Shown one piece after another: positions 26,775 through 36,079 of a DNA stretch of 64,000 bases. How positions within the stretch are numbered: the stretch's first letter is position 1; each line of letters begins with the position of its first letter. Origin of the DNA: Candidatus Latescibacterota bacterium (lineage in GTDB: Bacteria; Latescibacterota; UBA2968; UBA8231); the NCBI GenBank assembly GCA_965219385.1, contig CBDCNM010000001.1:608631-672630 (forward strand). Direction: 5' to 3'. The position numbers and the translations under genes are program-made. The notes below the pieces were generated by a model. It was not told the DNA's origin. It searched no databases and saw only the letters and a list, made by a program, of their open reading frames with translations.

Positions 26775-27862
26775 TAGTGTTGTGTCGTAGAGATTCGTTC
26801 ACAAAGTCTCTTGATTTTCGCGAGGATGGAATCGGCCGTAGCCGTCCATACGAAAGGGTGCGCGTTGGCGTTCCATTGGGCGGTATAGCGTTCGATGCGC
26901 TCGATGCGCTCTCTTACCTTGCGGAACGAGTGCCGCCGAACCGCCTGGCGCGTGATGATGTTGAACCCAATCTCCACCTGGTTGAGCCACGAAGCATAGG
27001 GGGGGGTGTAGTGAAGGTGAAATCGGGGGCGCCGCGCCAGCCACTTTTTGACCTTGGCATGCTTGTGGGTGGCGTAATGGTCAACCACGAGATGCACGTC
27101 GAGACCGCGGGGCACGTTGTCCTCGATGTGGCGTAGGAACGGGAGGAACTCCTGGTGACGATGACGGGGCTTGCACGGAGTCATCACTTCACCGGTGGCC
27201 ACGTCCAGGGCGGCAAACAGAGTGGTGGTGCCATGGCGCTTGTAGTCGTGCGTAACCCCTTCCACGTAGCCCAGGCCCAGGGGCAACAGGGGCTGACTTC
27301 GTTCCAACGCCTGGATCTGGCTCTTCTCGTCGACGCATAAAACCAGGGCGTGCTCGGGGGGATGCATGTATAAGCCGACGATATCCCGTACTTTGTCGAC
27401 CAAGAAAGGATCGGTGGAAAGCTTGAAGTGCTTGTGTCGGTGGGGCTGCAAACCATACGTGCGCCCGATGCGATGCACCGCGTCCTTGGTGAGGCCGGTT
27501 TCCGCGCCCATGGAGCGCACCGACCACTGGGTTCGGTCTTGGGGCTTGGTCTTCAGCGTCTTGTATACCACCTCGGCCACCTGCTCGTCGGTGATCAATC
27601 GCGGCGCCCCTGAACGCAGTTCATCATGCAAGCCATGGAGTCCGTTTTCGAGAAAACGCCGGCGCCACTTGCCCACCGTAGCGCGCGTCACACCCACCGC
27701 TGCAGCGACCGCTTCATGGGGCCAGCCTTCGGCGGCCCAAAGGACGATCTCCGCTCGCCGCACCCACCCGTGTGGAAGACTCCGTGATTGGGCCATCGAT
27801 TCCAATTGTTCTCGGTCCGACGCACTCAGCGCTAACGGCGTTAACGGACGCCCCATCGCCAT
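26774..27862 (-). CDS. IS630-family transposase
   Basis: N-terminal HTH; CVDEKSQIQAL, HDYKRHGTTTLFAA, VVDHY, SWLNQVE (DDE); stop codon overlaps the CTAG target. Confidence 0.93.
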   Translation of the reverse strand: MAMGRPLTPLALSASDREQLESMAQSRSLPHGWVRRAEIVLWAAEGWPHEAVAAAVGVTRATVGKWRRRFLENGLHGLHDELRSGAPRLITDEQVAEVVYKTLKTKPQDRTQWSVRSMGAETGLTKDAVHRIGRTYGLQPHRHKHFKLSTDPFLVDKVRDIVGLYMHPPEHALVLCVDEKSQIQALERSQPLLPLGLGYVEGVTHDYKRHGTTTLFAALDVATGEVMTPCKPRHRHQEFLPFLRHIEDNVPRGLDVHLVVDHYATHKHAKVKKWLARRPRFHLHYTPPYASWLNQVEIGFNIITRQAVRRHSFRKVRERIERIERYTAQWNANAHPFVWTATADSILAKIKRLCERISTTQH

Positions 27863-27944
27863 AGATCTCTCCTTTCAGAAGGGGTGGTAAGAGAAACCTA
27901 CGACATGACCACCATCTCGTAAAGTTATTTATACGACGCAACAC
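26777..27944 (-). mobile_element. IS630-family insertion sequence, copy 1 (1168 bp)
   Basis: Terminal IRs GTGTTG(T/C)GTCGTA, TA duplications at 26775-26776 and 27945-27946, single transposase ORF. Confidence 0.93.
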
Positions 27945-27946
27945 TA

Positions 27947-28018
27947 GTAGACGACCGCGTTGATTTTGAGGCCGGCCCCAGAGGGCCGTCAGCCAGCCCA
28001 ATTTATCTGGTCGTCTAC
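27947..28018. mobile_element. 72-bp MITE-like element, copy 2 (identical, same orientation)
   Basis: 27944-28021 is an exact direct repeat of 26700-26777. Confidence 0.75.
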
Positions 28019-28038
28019 TAGATTCTTCGCTCTAGCGA

Positions 28039-29337
28039 TCATCCCTCTATTTCGTCGTACACCACCTCTCCACCGACGATGGTAGCCACGGCCTTGCCCT
28101 TCAGACGATAGCCATTGAAAGGGGTGTTCCTGGAACGGGAATGGAAGCGGCTGGAATCCACGGACCATTCCACCGCCGGATTGATGATCGTGATATCGCC
28201 CAAGTCCCCCGGACTGAGGCGGCCCCCGGGGAGGCGGAGAATACGGGCCGGGGCCCAGGTCCATTTCTCGATGGCGCTGGGCAAATCCAGGATGCCGGGT
28301 TGCACCAGATAGGTCAGGGTAAGACCGATAGCCGTTTCCAGGCCCACGATGCCAAAGGGGGCTTCTGTGAGCGGGCGTTGCTTTTCCTCTTCCGTGTGGG
28401 GGGCATGATCCGTCGAAATAAGGTCGATACTGCCGTCTTTAAGCCCCTGGAGCACGGCCTGGACATCGGCGTTCCCACGCAGGGGAGGGCTCATCTTGGC
28501 GGCGCTGCCCTGGCGGATTACCTCGGCATCGGTCAGGATGAAGTGATGGGGCAGAACCTCACAGGTCAGGGGCAGACCATCCGCTTTTGCCCGGCGCACC
28601 AATTCGACCGCAGCGGCCGTGCTGATGTGGGCAATGTGCAGGGGACCGCCGGTCTGGCGCACCAGTTCGATATCGCGGGCGATCATTTCTTCTTCGCCGG
28701 CAGCCGGCATGCCTTTGACGCCGAGCTGGGCGGAGATTTCTCCTTCGTGCATGCAGCCTCCAGCAGTGAGGGCCTTCACCTCTTCGTGGGGGAAGACAGG
28801 GCGGTTGACCCGGCGCGCCAGCTCCAGTGCACGGCGCATCAGGCCCGGATCTTCCACCGGGTCGCCATCGTCCGAAAAAGCCACGGCACCGCCCCGGGCC
28901 AAGTCCTCGAGCGGCGCCAGTTCGCGGCCCGCCCTGCCCCTGGTGATACAGGCGATCGGATAGAAGCGCACCACGGATGTTCGGGCCCGTTTTTGGATAT
29001 CCTCAAGGGTCTCGAGATTATCCGGTGGGGGAAGGGTATTGGGCATGGCAGCCACAGCGCAAATGCCGCCGGCCGCTGCCGCCATGGCACCGGTGGCAAT
29101 GGTTTCCTTATGCTCGAATCCCGGTTCCCTCAAATGCACGTGGACGTCCACAAAGCCCGGTGTCAGGACGAGGCCCCCGGCATCCAGAACGGGTGTACCC
29201 CGGCCGGCGGCTAGATCCTTCCCTACGCGAGACACCTTTCCCGCCTCGATAAGTACATCCATGGCAGCATCCAGATGATTGGCCGGGTCGATCAGGCGCC
29301 CCTTGCGGACCAGGAGATCGCTTTGTCCTACAGGCAT
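28039..29337 (-). CDS. pyrC: Dihydroorotase (type I)
   Basis: PGFVDVHVHLREPG, MPNT, FSDDG, HIAHIST, KMSPPLR, TDHAPH, SRNTPF. Confidence 0.95.
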   Translation of the reverse strand: MPVGQSDLLVRKGRLIDPANHLDAAMDVLIEAGKVSRVGKDLAAGRGTPVLDAGGLVLTPGFVDVHVHLREPGFEHKETIATGAMAAAAGGICAVAAMPNTLPPPDNLETLEDIQKRARTSVVRFYPIACITRGRAGRELAPLEDLARGGAVAFSDDGDPVEDPGLMRRALELARRVNRPVFPHEEVKALTAGGCMHEGEISAQLGVKGMPAAGEEEMIARDIELVRQTGGPLHIAHISTAAAVELVRRAKADGLPLTCEVLPHHFILTDAEVIRQGSAAKMSPPLRGNADVQAVLQGLKDGSIDLISTDHAPHTEEEKQRPLTEAPFGIVGLETAIGLTLTYLVQPGILDLPSAIEKWTWAPARILRLPGGRLSPGDLGDITIINPAVEWSVDSSRFHSRSRNTPFNGYRLKGKAVATIVGGEVVYDEIEG

Positions 29338-29365
29338 GATTGTGGTTCCCTTCACAAGTGCAGGT

Positions 29366-31087
29366 TTACAGGGTGGATCTATCAAAGCTACTGAAAAATT
29401 CCATGACTTCTTCCCGGGTAATCAAGTCCACCGGGACCGTACAGTCTCTGGCGGCCAGGGCCTGCATCAACTGGACCGAAGGAGGGGGTTCGAGACCACT
29501 CGACTGGAGCAGGCCCGGGTCGGCCAGGACCTGGCGGGTAGAGCCTTGCAGCTGCACCCGGCCCTTGCCCAGGACTACGACCTGGTGGGCCAGTTGGGCT
29601 ACCAAGTCCATGTCATGGGTGATCAGGACCAGGGTTGTACCTTGTCGTTGCAGTTGTTGAAAGACAGAGCGCATATTCTGGCTGGCGCCCGGGTCGAGAC
29701 CTGCGGTCGGCTCGTCCAGGACTAAAACTTCCGGGGCCATAGCCAGGACACCGGCAAGGGCGACCCGGCGTTTTTCTCCACTGCTCAAAGACAGAGGTGG
29801 ACGGTGGCCAAAGTACTCCCTGGGCAGTCCTACAGTGGCCAGGGCCCGGGTCACCAGGTCCTTGATTTGTGCGGAGGGAAAGCCCAGGTTCTTGGGCCCA
29901 AAGGCCACATCCAGTTCGACGGTTTCTTCAAAAAGCTGGAGTTCGGGAAACTGGAAGATCAGGCCGACCCGGTGGCGGATCTGAGATTGATCATGGCCTT
30001 TTGCCCAGATGTCCTGACCATCCAGGAGCACGCGGCCTCTGTGTGGTCTGAGCAGAGCATTAAAGTGCTGGGCCAGAGTCGTTTTGCCAGAGCCACTCGG
30101 ACCGACCAAGGCGACGATACCAGCACTGGGAATGCTGACGCTGACGCGGTCGAGCCCCACCTGTTCCGTGAGCAGGCCCTGGTCGTAGACAAAGTCTAAG
30201 CGTTCGGTGGAAAGCTTGGTGGGGGCTGTGGAAGGGGCCACAGGGGAGCGGGCCTTCAAAGCCGAGGGCGGGAGTTCCGGAGCCAGGGCTGCTGCAAGGT
30301 CCTCTATGGTGGTGTGCAGGCCCAGCGAGAGCCTGGTCTGGTCCAGCAAGTGGGCCCTCACCGCACTGGCAAAGGGGACATCGAGGCCGATGCTTTGCAA
30401 AGGTCGAGGATCCTGAAAGATCTCAGCAGGCGGAGCATCGTAGAGCACGCGGCCCTGATGCAGGACGAGGAGGCGATCCGCCCGGGCTGCTTCTGTGGGG
30501 AACTGGGTTATGTGGATGGTAGCAATGCCGAATTCGCCCTGCAGGCTATCCAGGAGGGCACCCACCTCCTGGCGGCCCCGGGGGTCGAGTAGAGCTGTAG
30601 GCTCGTCCAGGATCAGGTAGCGGGGACGTAGCGCCATGGCAGCGGCAAGGGCGAGGCGTTGTTTTTCCCCGCCCGAGAGGTGGTGTGGAGGGTGGTGCCG
30701 GTAGGCTTCGAGGTGGAATTGCTCCAGGACCTCTTCTACCCGACGCCGCATCTCTGAGACGGCCACCGCCAGGTTTTCGAGACCAAAGGCAATCTCGGTT
30801 TCGACGCTGGTCGCCACCAGCTGGTCGTCCGGGTTTTGAAATACCATGCCGACGCGCTTGCGGATCTCGAAGAGTGCTTCGGGCGTATGAGTAAAAAGAC
30901 CGTCGACCTGGACCTGGCCGCTTTGAGGAAGGTTCAGGCCGTTGAGGCAACGGGCAAGGGTGGTTTTACCCGAGCCGTTGGGCCCGATGATGGCCAGACG
31001 CTCACCAGGATGGATGTCCAGGTCAATACCTTGTAGGGCCTGGATATTACCAGGATGGGCAAAGCTGAGGTTTTGAACGTGGATCAT
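29366..31087 (-). CDS. ECF transporter ATPase with two fused ABC domains (EcfA-EcfA')
   Basis: GPNGSGKT...FQNPDDQ...LSGGE...LDEPT, then GPSGSGKT...FQFPELQLF...LSSGE...LDEPT. Confidence 0.9.
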   Translation of the reverse strand: MIHVQNLSFAHPGNIQALQGIDLDIHPGERLAIIGPNGSGKTTLARCLNGLNLPQSGQVQVDGLFTHTPEALFEIRKRVGMVFQNPDDQLVATSVETEIAFGLENLAVAVSEMRRRVEEVLEQFHLEAYRHHPPHHLSGGEKQRLALAAAMALRPRYLILDEPTALLDPRGRQEVGALLDSLQGEFGIATIHITQFPTEAARADRLLVLHQGRVLYDAPPAEIFQDPRPLQSIGLDVPFASAVRAHLLDQTRLSLGLHTTIEDLAAALAPELPPSALKARSPVAPSTAPTKLSTERLDFVYDQGLLTEQVGLDRVSVSIPSAGIVALVGPSGSGKTTLAQHFNALLRPHRGRVLLDGQDIWAKGHDQSQIRHRVGLIFQFPELQLFEETVELDVAFGPKNLGFPSAQIKDLVTRALATVGLPREYFGHRPPLSLSSGEKRRVALAGVLAMAPEVLVLDEPTAGLDPGASQNMRSVFQQLQRQGTTLVLITHDMDLVAQLAHQVVVLGKGRVQLQGSTRQVLADPGLLQSSGLEPPPSVQLMQALAARDCTVPVDLITREEVMEFFSSFDRSTL

Positions 31088-31274
31088 GGGGTAAAAAACC
31101 TGGAGCTAGAATACAGTAAAAGACGGCTCAGGTCAAGGTGCTGGACCCGGTTTCAAATTTGACAGCCCTGGCGTCGAGGTGTTTATTATACAATGTAGTC
31201 AGTGTTTGTGGTAAGGTGGAACATTTATATCCACTTGTAGCAGTTCGTCCGGCTTTGATTCAACCAGGAGTGGA

Positions 31275-32156
31275 GTGATGGCTCAAATTCTGCGCCTAAG
31301 TGTAGTGGTCGCTGGTTTAAGTTTGATCGCAGGTATGTGGGGCTGTAGCGAGGACGAGAAGACCACGGTTGTGGGACCGCAAGGGTATGAGGAAGGAGGG
31401 GGAAACGTCTTTAGCGTGGAGGAGTTTTCCTTCCCTTCGGCAGACCTGTTACAGGTCGGGGTTATCTATGGCCGGCCACAGGAGGTAGACGTAGACCAGC
31501 GGTTCCCGGTCGTCATCTTGGTCCATGCTTTCGCCCGAGACTACCTGCGGGACTGGTTTCAGGCCACGACCTTCTTTGAAGACTTGTTGCTGGAACAGGG
31601 CTACCTGGTGCTGGCCATCAATTTGCGGGGACATGGGAATACGTCCCTGCCGGACGACCGCGAGATTCTCACAATAGAAGATATAGAGAACAGCTATCTC
31701 GATGTCCAGGCGGCCCTTATCTGGCTGGGGGAACAGCCCGAGGTTGATGCATCCAGGGTCGCGGTGGTCGGCGCCGGATTCGGCGCCAATGTCGCTTATG
31801 TAAGCATCGGGCGCTTCCCCCAACAGATAAGGGCCGCGGTGGCTTTGTCGCCGGGTTTCTGGAATCCCAACAATGACAACCAGTCCATAGGTATAGGAGC
31901 GGGGTTGGAGCCTTTTGCGCCGCACTCCATGTTGTTTGTGGCGGGTGAGAATGACTTTGCTGTATCGGCTGGGGACACCCTCAGCTCTGCAAAGGTCGCC
32001 AGTGAGTTGCACCAGACCACCAGCGAGCCCAAAGAGTTGAAGATCCTGGAGGGGAAAGCGACCTTCGGGACAGGGTTCCTGTGCGATCCTGAGGATCCGC
32101 AGTGCGATCCCGAAATTCGGAATTTGCTCTTGGACTGGTTGCGAGACCACCTCTAG
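31275..32156 (+). CDS. Alpha/beta-hydrolase-fold lipoprotein, catalytic residues apparently absent
   Basis: Lipobox-like MWGC; GYLVLAINLRGHG, VDASRVAVVGAGFGA, AAVALSPG. Confidence 0.75.
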   Translation: MMAQILRLSVVVAGLSLIAGMWGCSEDEKTTVVGPQGYEEGGGNVFSVEEFSFPSADLLQVGVIYGRPQEVDVDQRFPVVILVHAFARDYLRDWFQATTFFEDLLLEQGYLVLAINLRGHGNTSLPDDREILTIEDIENSYLDVQAALIWLGEQPEVDASRVAVVGAGFGANVAYVSIGRFPQQIRAAVALSPGFWNPNNDNQSIGIGAGLEPFAPHSMLFVAGENDFAVSAGDTLSSAKVASELHQTTSEPKELKILEGKATFGTGFLCDPEDPQCDPEIRNLLLDWLRDHL

Positions 32157-32193
32157 AATTTAAGAAGGCTTCTAATGTTCTCCAAGGCAGGCC

Positions 32194-32955
32194 TTGCCAC
32201 AACGGCAAGACCTGCTGTTTTCCCCGACTGTCTTGGATCCTTCCATCGTCGTCATCATTCCCGCCTACAACGAAGAAGCCGCTATTGGCAAGGTCCTGGA
32301 GGCTATTCCAGGCTCCCTGGTCCGGCGGGTCATTGTGGTAGACAACGGTTCCACCGATCGGACCTCGGCGCGGGCGGCCGCGAAGGGGGCCGCGATCGTA
32401 TGGGAACCGCGGCGCGGCTATGGACAGGCTTGTCTGAGCGGGATAGCCGCCCTCGGAAATGTCGATATCGTGGTCTTCCTCGACGGAGACTACAGTGATT
32501 ATCCCGAAGAAATGTCTGCCCTGGTAGCACCCATACTGCAAGGAGAGGCCGACCTGGTCATTGGCTCCCGCACCCTGGGAAGACGAGAAAAGGGGGCGCT
32601 TTTGCCGCAGGCGCGTTTTGGCAATGCCCTGGCCACCTGGCTTATTCGCCGGCTTTTCGGGGTGCAATACACCGATCTGGGGCCCTTTCGCGCCATCCGC
32701 TCTGGCACGCTCCGCCGCCTGCGGATGGAAGACCGCAACTTTGGCTGGACCGTGGAGATGCAGGTCAAAGCCGCTCGCCTTGGGGTGCGAATCGTCGAGG
32801 TCCCGGTGCGTTATCGCCGGCGCATCGGCACGTCCAAGATCAGCGGCACCCTCAGCGGCACTATCCGCGCCGGGTACAAAATTCTCTGGACTATTCTCCG
32901 CCACGCCCGCTACCAAAATGAAGAAAGCACCCAGGCGGATGAGAACAGAGGATGA
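32194..32955 (+). CDS. Glycosyltransferase family 2 (DPM1-like)
   Basis: IPAYNEE, VDNGSTD, FLDGD, DLGPFRA, WTVEMQ. Confidence 0.9.
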   Translation: MPQRQDLLFSPTVLDPSIVVIIPAYNEEAAIGKVLEAIPGSLVRRVIVVDNGSTDRTSARAAAKGAAIVWEPRRGYGQACLSGIAALGNVDIVVFLDGDYSDYPEEMSALVAPILQGEADLVIGSRTLGRREKGALLPQARFGNALATWLIRRLFGVQYTDLGPFRAIRSGTLRRLRMEDRNFGWTVEMQVKAARLGVRIVEVPVRYRRRIGTSKISGTLSGTIRAGYKILWTILRHARYQNEESTQADENRG

Positions 32956-33121
32956 GGAGGAGGATGGCAAGTTGACCCTGGGGCGATAGGCGCCGGGCTA
33001 GAAGAAGGCTTCTAAGCGGATCTCTCCCCGAATAGAGGGCTGTTCTGTACAGGACGGCCCTTTTGTTCAGGACGAACAGCCTTGACGGATCCGGGAAGGT
33101 GGGATATGTTTCCTGAATCCC

Positions 33122-34150
33122 ATGAAGCTCGAAGACTACGATTTTGACCTGCCGACCGAGCTCATCGCTCAGTACCCTGCCACGCAACGCGATCAGTCTC
33201 GCCTCCTCGTCCTGAGCCGGGCGGATGGCTCCATCCGCCATGTGCTCTTCAATAACATCGTCGATTTTTTAAGCCCCACGGATACCTTGGTGCTAAACCA
33301 GACCCAGGTTGTGAAGGCGCGCCTCAGAGGTAGACGGGTAGAGACCGGCGGCGAGGTAGAGGTGTTGCTGATCCGCCCGGAACAAGGAGGGTGCTGGCTG
33401 GCCATGGGGCGCCCCGGTCGGGGTTTGGCCCCGGGTACCAGGGTGGAAATTGCCGTAAACGGAGCCTGTATCGAAATTGTCGACAGGGCGCCCCGGGGGC
33501 GTTTTCTGGTCCGCTGCGAACAGGAAGACATGACCGCATTCATTGAGAAGGCCGGGGAAGTGCCTCTGCCCCCTTATATTCGCCGCCGGCCGGATGCGGA
33601 GGATGGCGTGCGCTACCAGACGGTCTTCGCCCGGCACCCCGGAGCCATTGCCGCACCCACTGCGGGTCTACATTTCACTGGCGCTCTCCTCGAGAAAATC
33701 GCGGAGACTGGCACTGCGGTGGTTCCACTGACTTTGCATGTGGGGCCGGGTAGTTTTGAGCCCGTGCGCAGCGGCGATCCACGGGGGCACCACCTGGAGT
33801 CCGAATACTACGATCTGAGCAAGGAAAGCGCAGCGGCCCTGCGCCGGTGCAAGAGGCGCGGGGGACGAATCGTTGCCGTGGGCACGACCGTGGTGCGCAC
33901 CCTGGAGACCGTTGCCGAGGCTACCGAAGAGATTGAGCCTGGATGTGGTTGGACTGAAAAATTCATCTTACCTTCCTTCAGGTTCAGAGCCGTCGACGCG
34001 CTGGTGACCAACTTTCATCTGCCGCGCTCCAGTTTGCTGCTGCTGGTAGCTGCTTTCGCCGGCCGCGAACGGGTGTTGGAGGCGTATAAAACCGCCGTGG
34101 CCCAGGGATACCGTTTCTACAGCTACGGCGATGCCATGCTCATAGTATGA
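33122..34150 (+). CDS. queA: S-adenosylmethionine:tRNA ribosyltransferase-isomerase
   Basis: LIAQYP, PLPPYI, YQTVFA, AAPTAGLHFT, TNFHLPRS, YRFYSYGDAM. Confidence 0.97.
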   Translation: MKLEDYDFDLPTELIAQYPATQRDQSRLLVLSRADGSIRHVLFNNIVDFLSPTDTLVLNQTQVVKARLRGRRVETGGEVEVLLIRPEQGGCWLAMGRPGRGLAPGTRVEIAVNGACIEIVDRAPRGRFLVRCEQEDMTAFIEKAGEVPLPPYIRRRPDAEDGVRYQTVFARHPGAIAAPTAGLHFTGALLEKIAETGTAVVPLTLHVGPGSFEPVRSGDPRGHHLESEYYDLSKESAAALRRCKRRGGRIVAVGTTVVRTLETVAEATEEIEPGCGWTEKFILPSFRFRAVDALVTNFHLPRSSLLLLVAAFAGRERVLEAYKTAVAQGYRFYSYGDAMLIV

Positions 34151-35331
34151 AACATCCACAAGTCGTGGCGATCATCCCCGCCGGTGGTCGGGGTAGCCGG
34201 ATGGGTGAGGAACTGCCCAAACAGTACCTGCCACTTGGCGGCAAACCCCTGCTTTGCCATACCTTGACCTGTTTTGAAAACAGTCCTCTGGTGGCGGGCA
34301 TAATCCTGGTGGTGCGCTCCGAGGATATGGATTATTGCCGTGGTCAGGTGCTGGGCGAGCAAACCTTCGGGAAGCTGCGGTGGCTGGTGCCCGGGGGCAG
34401 GGAGCGCCATGAATCCGTGTATTGTGGCTTGCGAGCCACAGGGGCAGAGGACGAGATTGTGGTGGTGCACGATGCGGTGCGTCCCTTTGTTTCCCAGGAG
34501 CTGCTTGAGCAAGTCATTGAGGCCGCGGTGGTGCACGGGGCCGCCGTAGCCGGGGTAGGGGTTGCGGAGACCATCAAGGAGGTCCAAAATGGACACGTGA
34601 TCCAGACGCTGGAGCGCAGTCGCTTGTGGAGCATCCAGACACCTCAGGCCTTCCGGCGGTCGCTCCTGCTGGAAGCGCACCAAAATAGGCCCGAGGACCT
34701 GAAGGCAACGGATGATGCCATGCTGGTGGAGTATCTGGGGCATGAGGTCCGCGTGGTCGCAGGGGACTCCTACAATCTGAAAATCACCACCCCGGAAGAT
34801 CTGGTCCGGGCCGAATGGTTGTTGCGGCGGGAGGAGGGAAACGAGATGAAGGCGCAACGGATGCGCGTGGGACAGGGGGTGGATGTACATGCCTTGGTAG
34901 AGGGGAGGAAGTTGATTTTGGGAGGAGTCCACATCCCGTTTGACCGCGGCCTGGCCGGCCATTCGGACGCGGATGTCCTGACCCATGCGATTGTGGATGC
35001 GTTGCTGGGGGCTGCAGGCTGTGGAGATATCGGTCGTTTATTTCCAGATACGGACGTGCACTACAAAAACATTTTCAGCCTGATTCTGCTCGAGCAAGTC
35101 CGGGACCTACTGATTGATAGAGGAGCAAAGATCCACAATATCGACGCCGTGGTCATGGCGCAAAAGCCCAGGCTCGCTCCTCATATACCGACCATGACAG
35201 ACACCCTCGCAAGAAGCCTGCGGCTGGCTCCCGATTGTGTCTCCCTCAAAGCCACGACCACCGAAGGTCTGGGATTTGCCGGGCGCGAGGAAGGCATTAT
35301 GGCTCAGGCCGTAGCCCTCTTAGAGATTTAG
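34147..35331 (+). CDS. ispDF: Bifunctional IspD/IspF
   Basis: AGGRGSRM...PKQY...HDAVRP...QTPQ...KITTPED, then GVDVH...HSDADV...KATTTEGLG. Confidence 0.95.
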   Translation: MKHPQVVAIIPAGGRGSRMGEELPKQYLPLGGKPLLCHTLTCFENSPLVAGIILVVRSEDMDYCRGQVLGEQTFGKLRWLVPGGRERHESVYCGLRATGAEDEIVVVHDAVRPFVSQELLEQVIEAAVVHGAAVAGVGVAETIKEVQNGHVIQTLERSRLWSIQTPQAFRRSLLLEAHQNRPEDLKATDDAMLVEYLGHEVRVVAGDSYNLKITTPEDLVRAEWLLRREEGNEMKAQRMRVGQGVDVHALVEGRKLILGGVHIPFDRGLAGHSDADVLTHAIVDALLGAAGCGDIGRLFPDTDVHYKNIFSLILLEQVRDLLIDRGAKIHNIDAVVMAQKPRLAPHIPTMTDTLARSLRLAPDCVSLKATTTEGLGFAGREEGIMAQAVALLEI

Positions 35332-35339
35332 ACGCACGC

Positions 35340-35960
35340 ATGGAAGAGTATATCGAGAGGTTGATCGAGAGCCTGAGTGAATGGAACCCCATGTGGGCGT
35401 ACGGTTTCCTCTTGCTCAGCGCTTTCCTGGAGAATGTGATTCCCCCTGTGCCGGGGGATACCGTGGTGGTGTTCAGCGCTTATCTGGTGGGCCGGGGCGT
35501 CCTGGATTGGCGACCAGTCTATCTGGTCACCTGTGCGGGGGGCATTATCGGTTTCCTGACCATGTACTACCTGGGCTACAGGGGGGGGCGGGCTTTTTTC
35601 AGAAGTGGGACAGGGCGATTTTTTTCCAGTGAAAATTTGGCGAAAGCAGAGCAATGGCTGGATCGCTACGGAAGAGCTTTGATCCTGGCCAATCGCTTCC
35701 TGAGCGGGATCCGGTCGGTGATTGCCATTGCGGCCGGTATTGGTAGAATGAACTGGAAGCAAGTTGCAGCGTATGGTTCCATCAGCATGGGGATCTGGAA
35801 TGGGCTGTTGTTCTATGCTGGTTTGTCACTGGGGCAGAACTGGGGTGAAGTAGTGGATTACCTGGAAAAATACAACCGCATATGGATCCTGTTGCTGGCT
35901 TTATTTCTGCTTTTTTTACTCTTGCGCCGGTGGTGGATGAGAAGGGATACACAGGCTTGA
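35340..35960 (+). CDS. DedA family membrane protein
   Basis: ENVIPPVPGD, YLGY, RFLSGIRS; ATG at 35340. Confidence 0.88.
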   Translation: MEEYIERLIESLSEWNPMWAYGFLLLSAFLENVIPPVPGDTVVVFSAYLVGRGVLDWRPVYLVTCAGGIIGFLTMYYLGYRGGRAFFRSGTGRFFSSENLAKAEQWLDRYGRALILANRFLSGIRSVIAIAAGIGRMNWKQVAAYGSISMGIWNGLLFYAGLSLGQNWGEVVDYLEKYNRIWILLLALFLLFLLLRRWWMRRDTQA

Positions 35961-35985
35961 CAAAAAGGCGCAAATGGTCTATTTT
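35957..35985 (+). promoter_or_regulatory. Sigma70 promoter of rplM-rpsI
   Basis: TTGACA-17 bp-TATTTT upstream of rplM. Confidence 0.6.
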
Positions 35986-36079
35986 AAATCGTTTATTCAT
36001 GAAAAAAATTGAACGAGAGGTGGAACCTGTGGACGGATTGAGTTGCGGGTTTCGACCAAGTGTTTAATGGGAACCAACC

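Noticed and set aside
26700..28021. CRISPR array or attL/attR prophage ends
   Set aside because: Only two 78-bp repeats, enclosing an IS; no spacers, cas genes or integrase.
34147..35331. IspD-IspF fusion as a novelty
   Set aside because: Bifunctional IspDF is well known.
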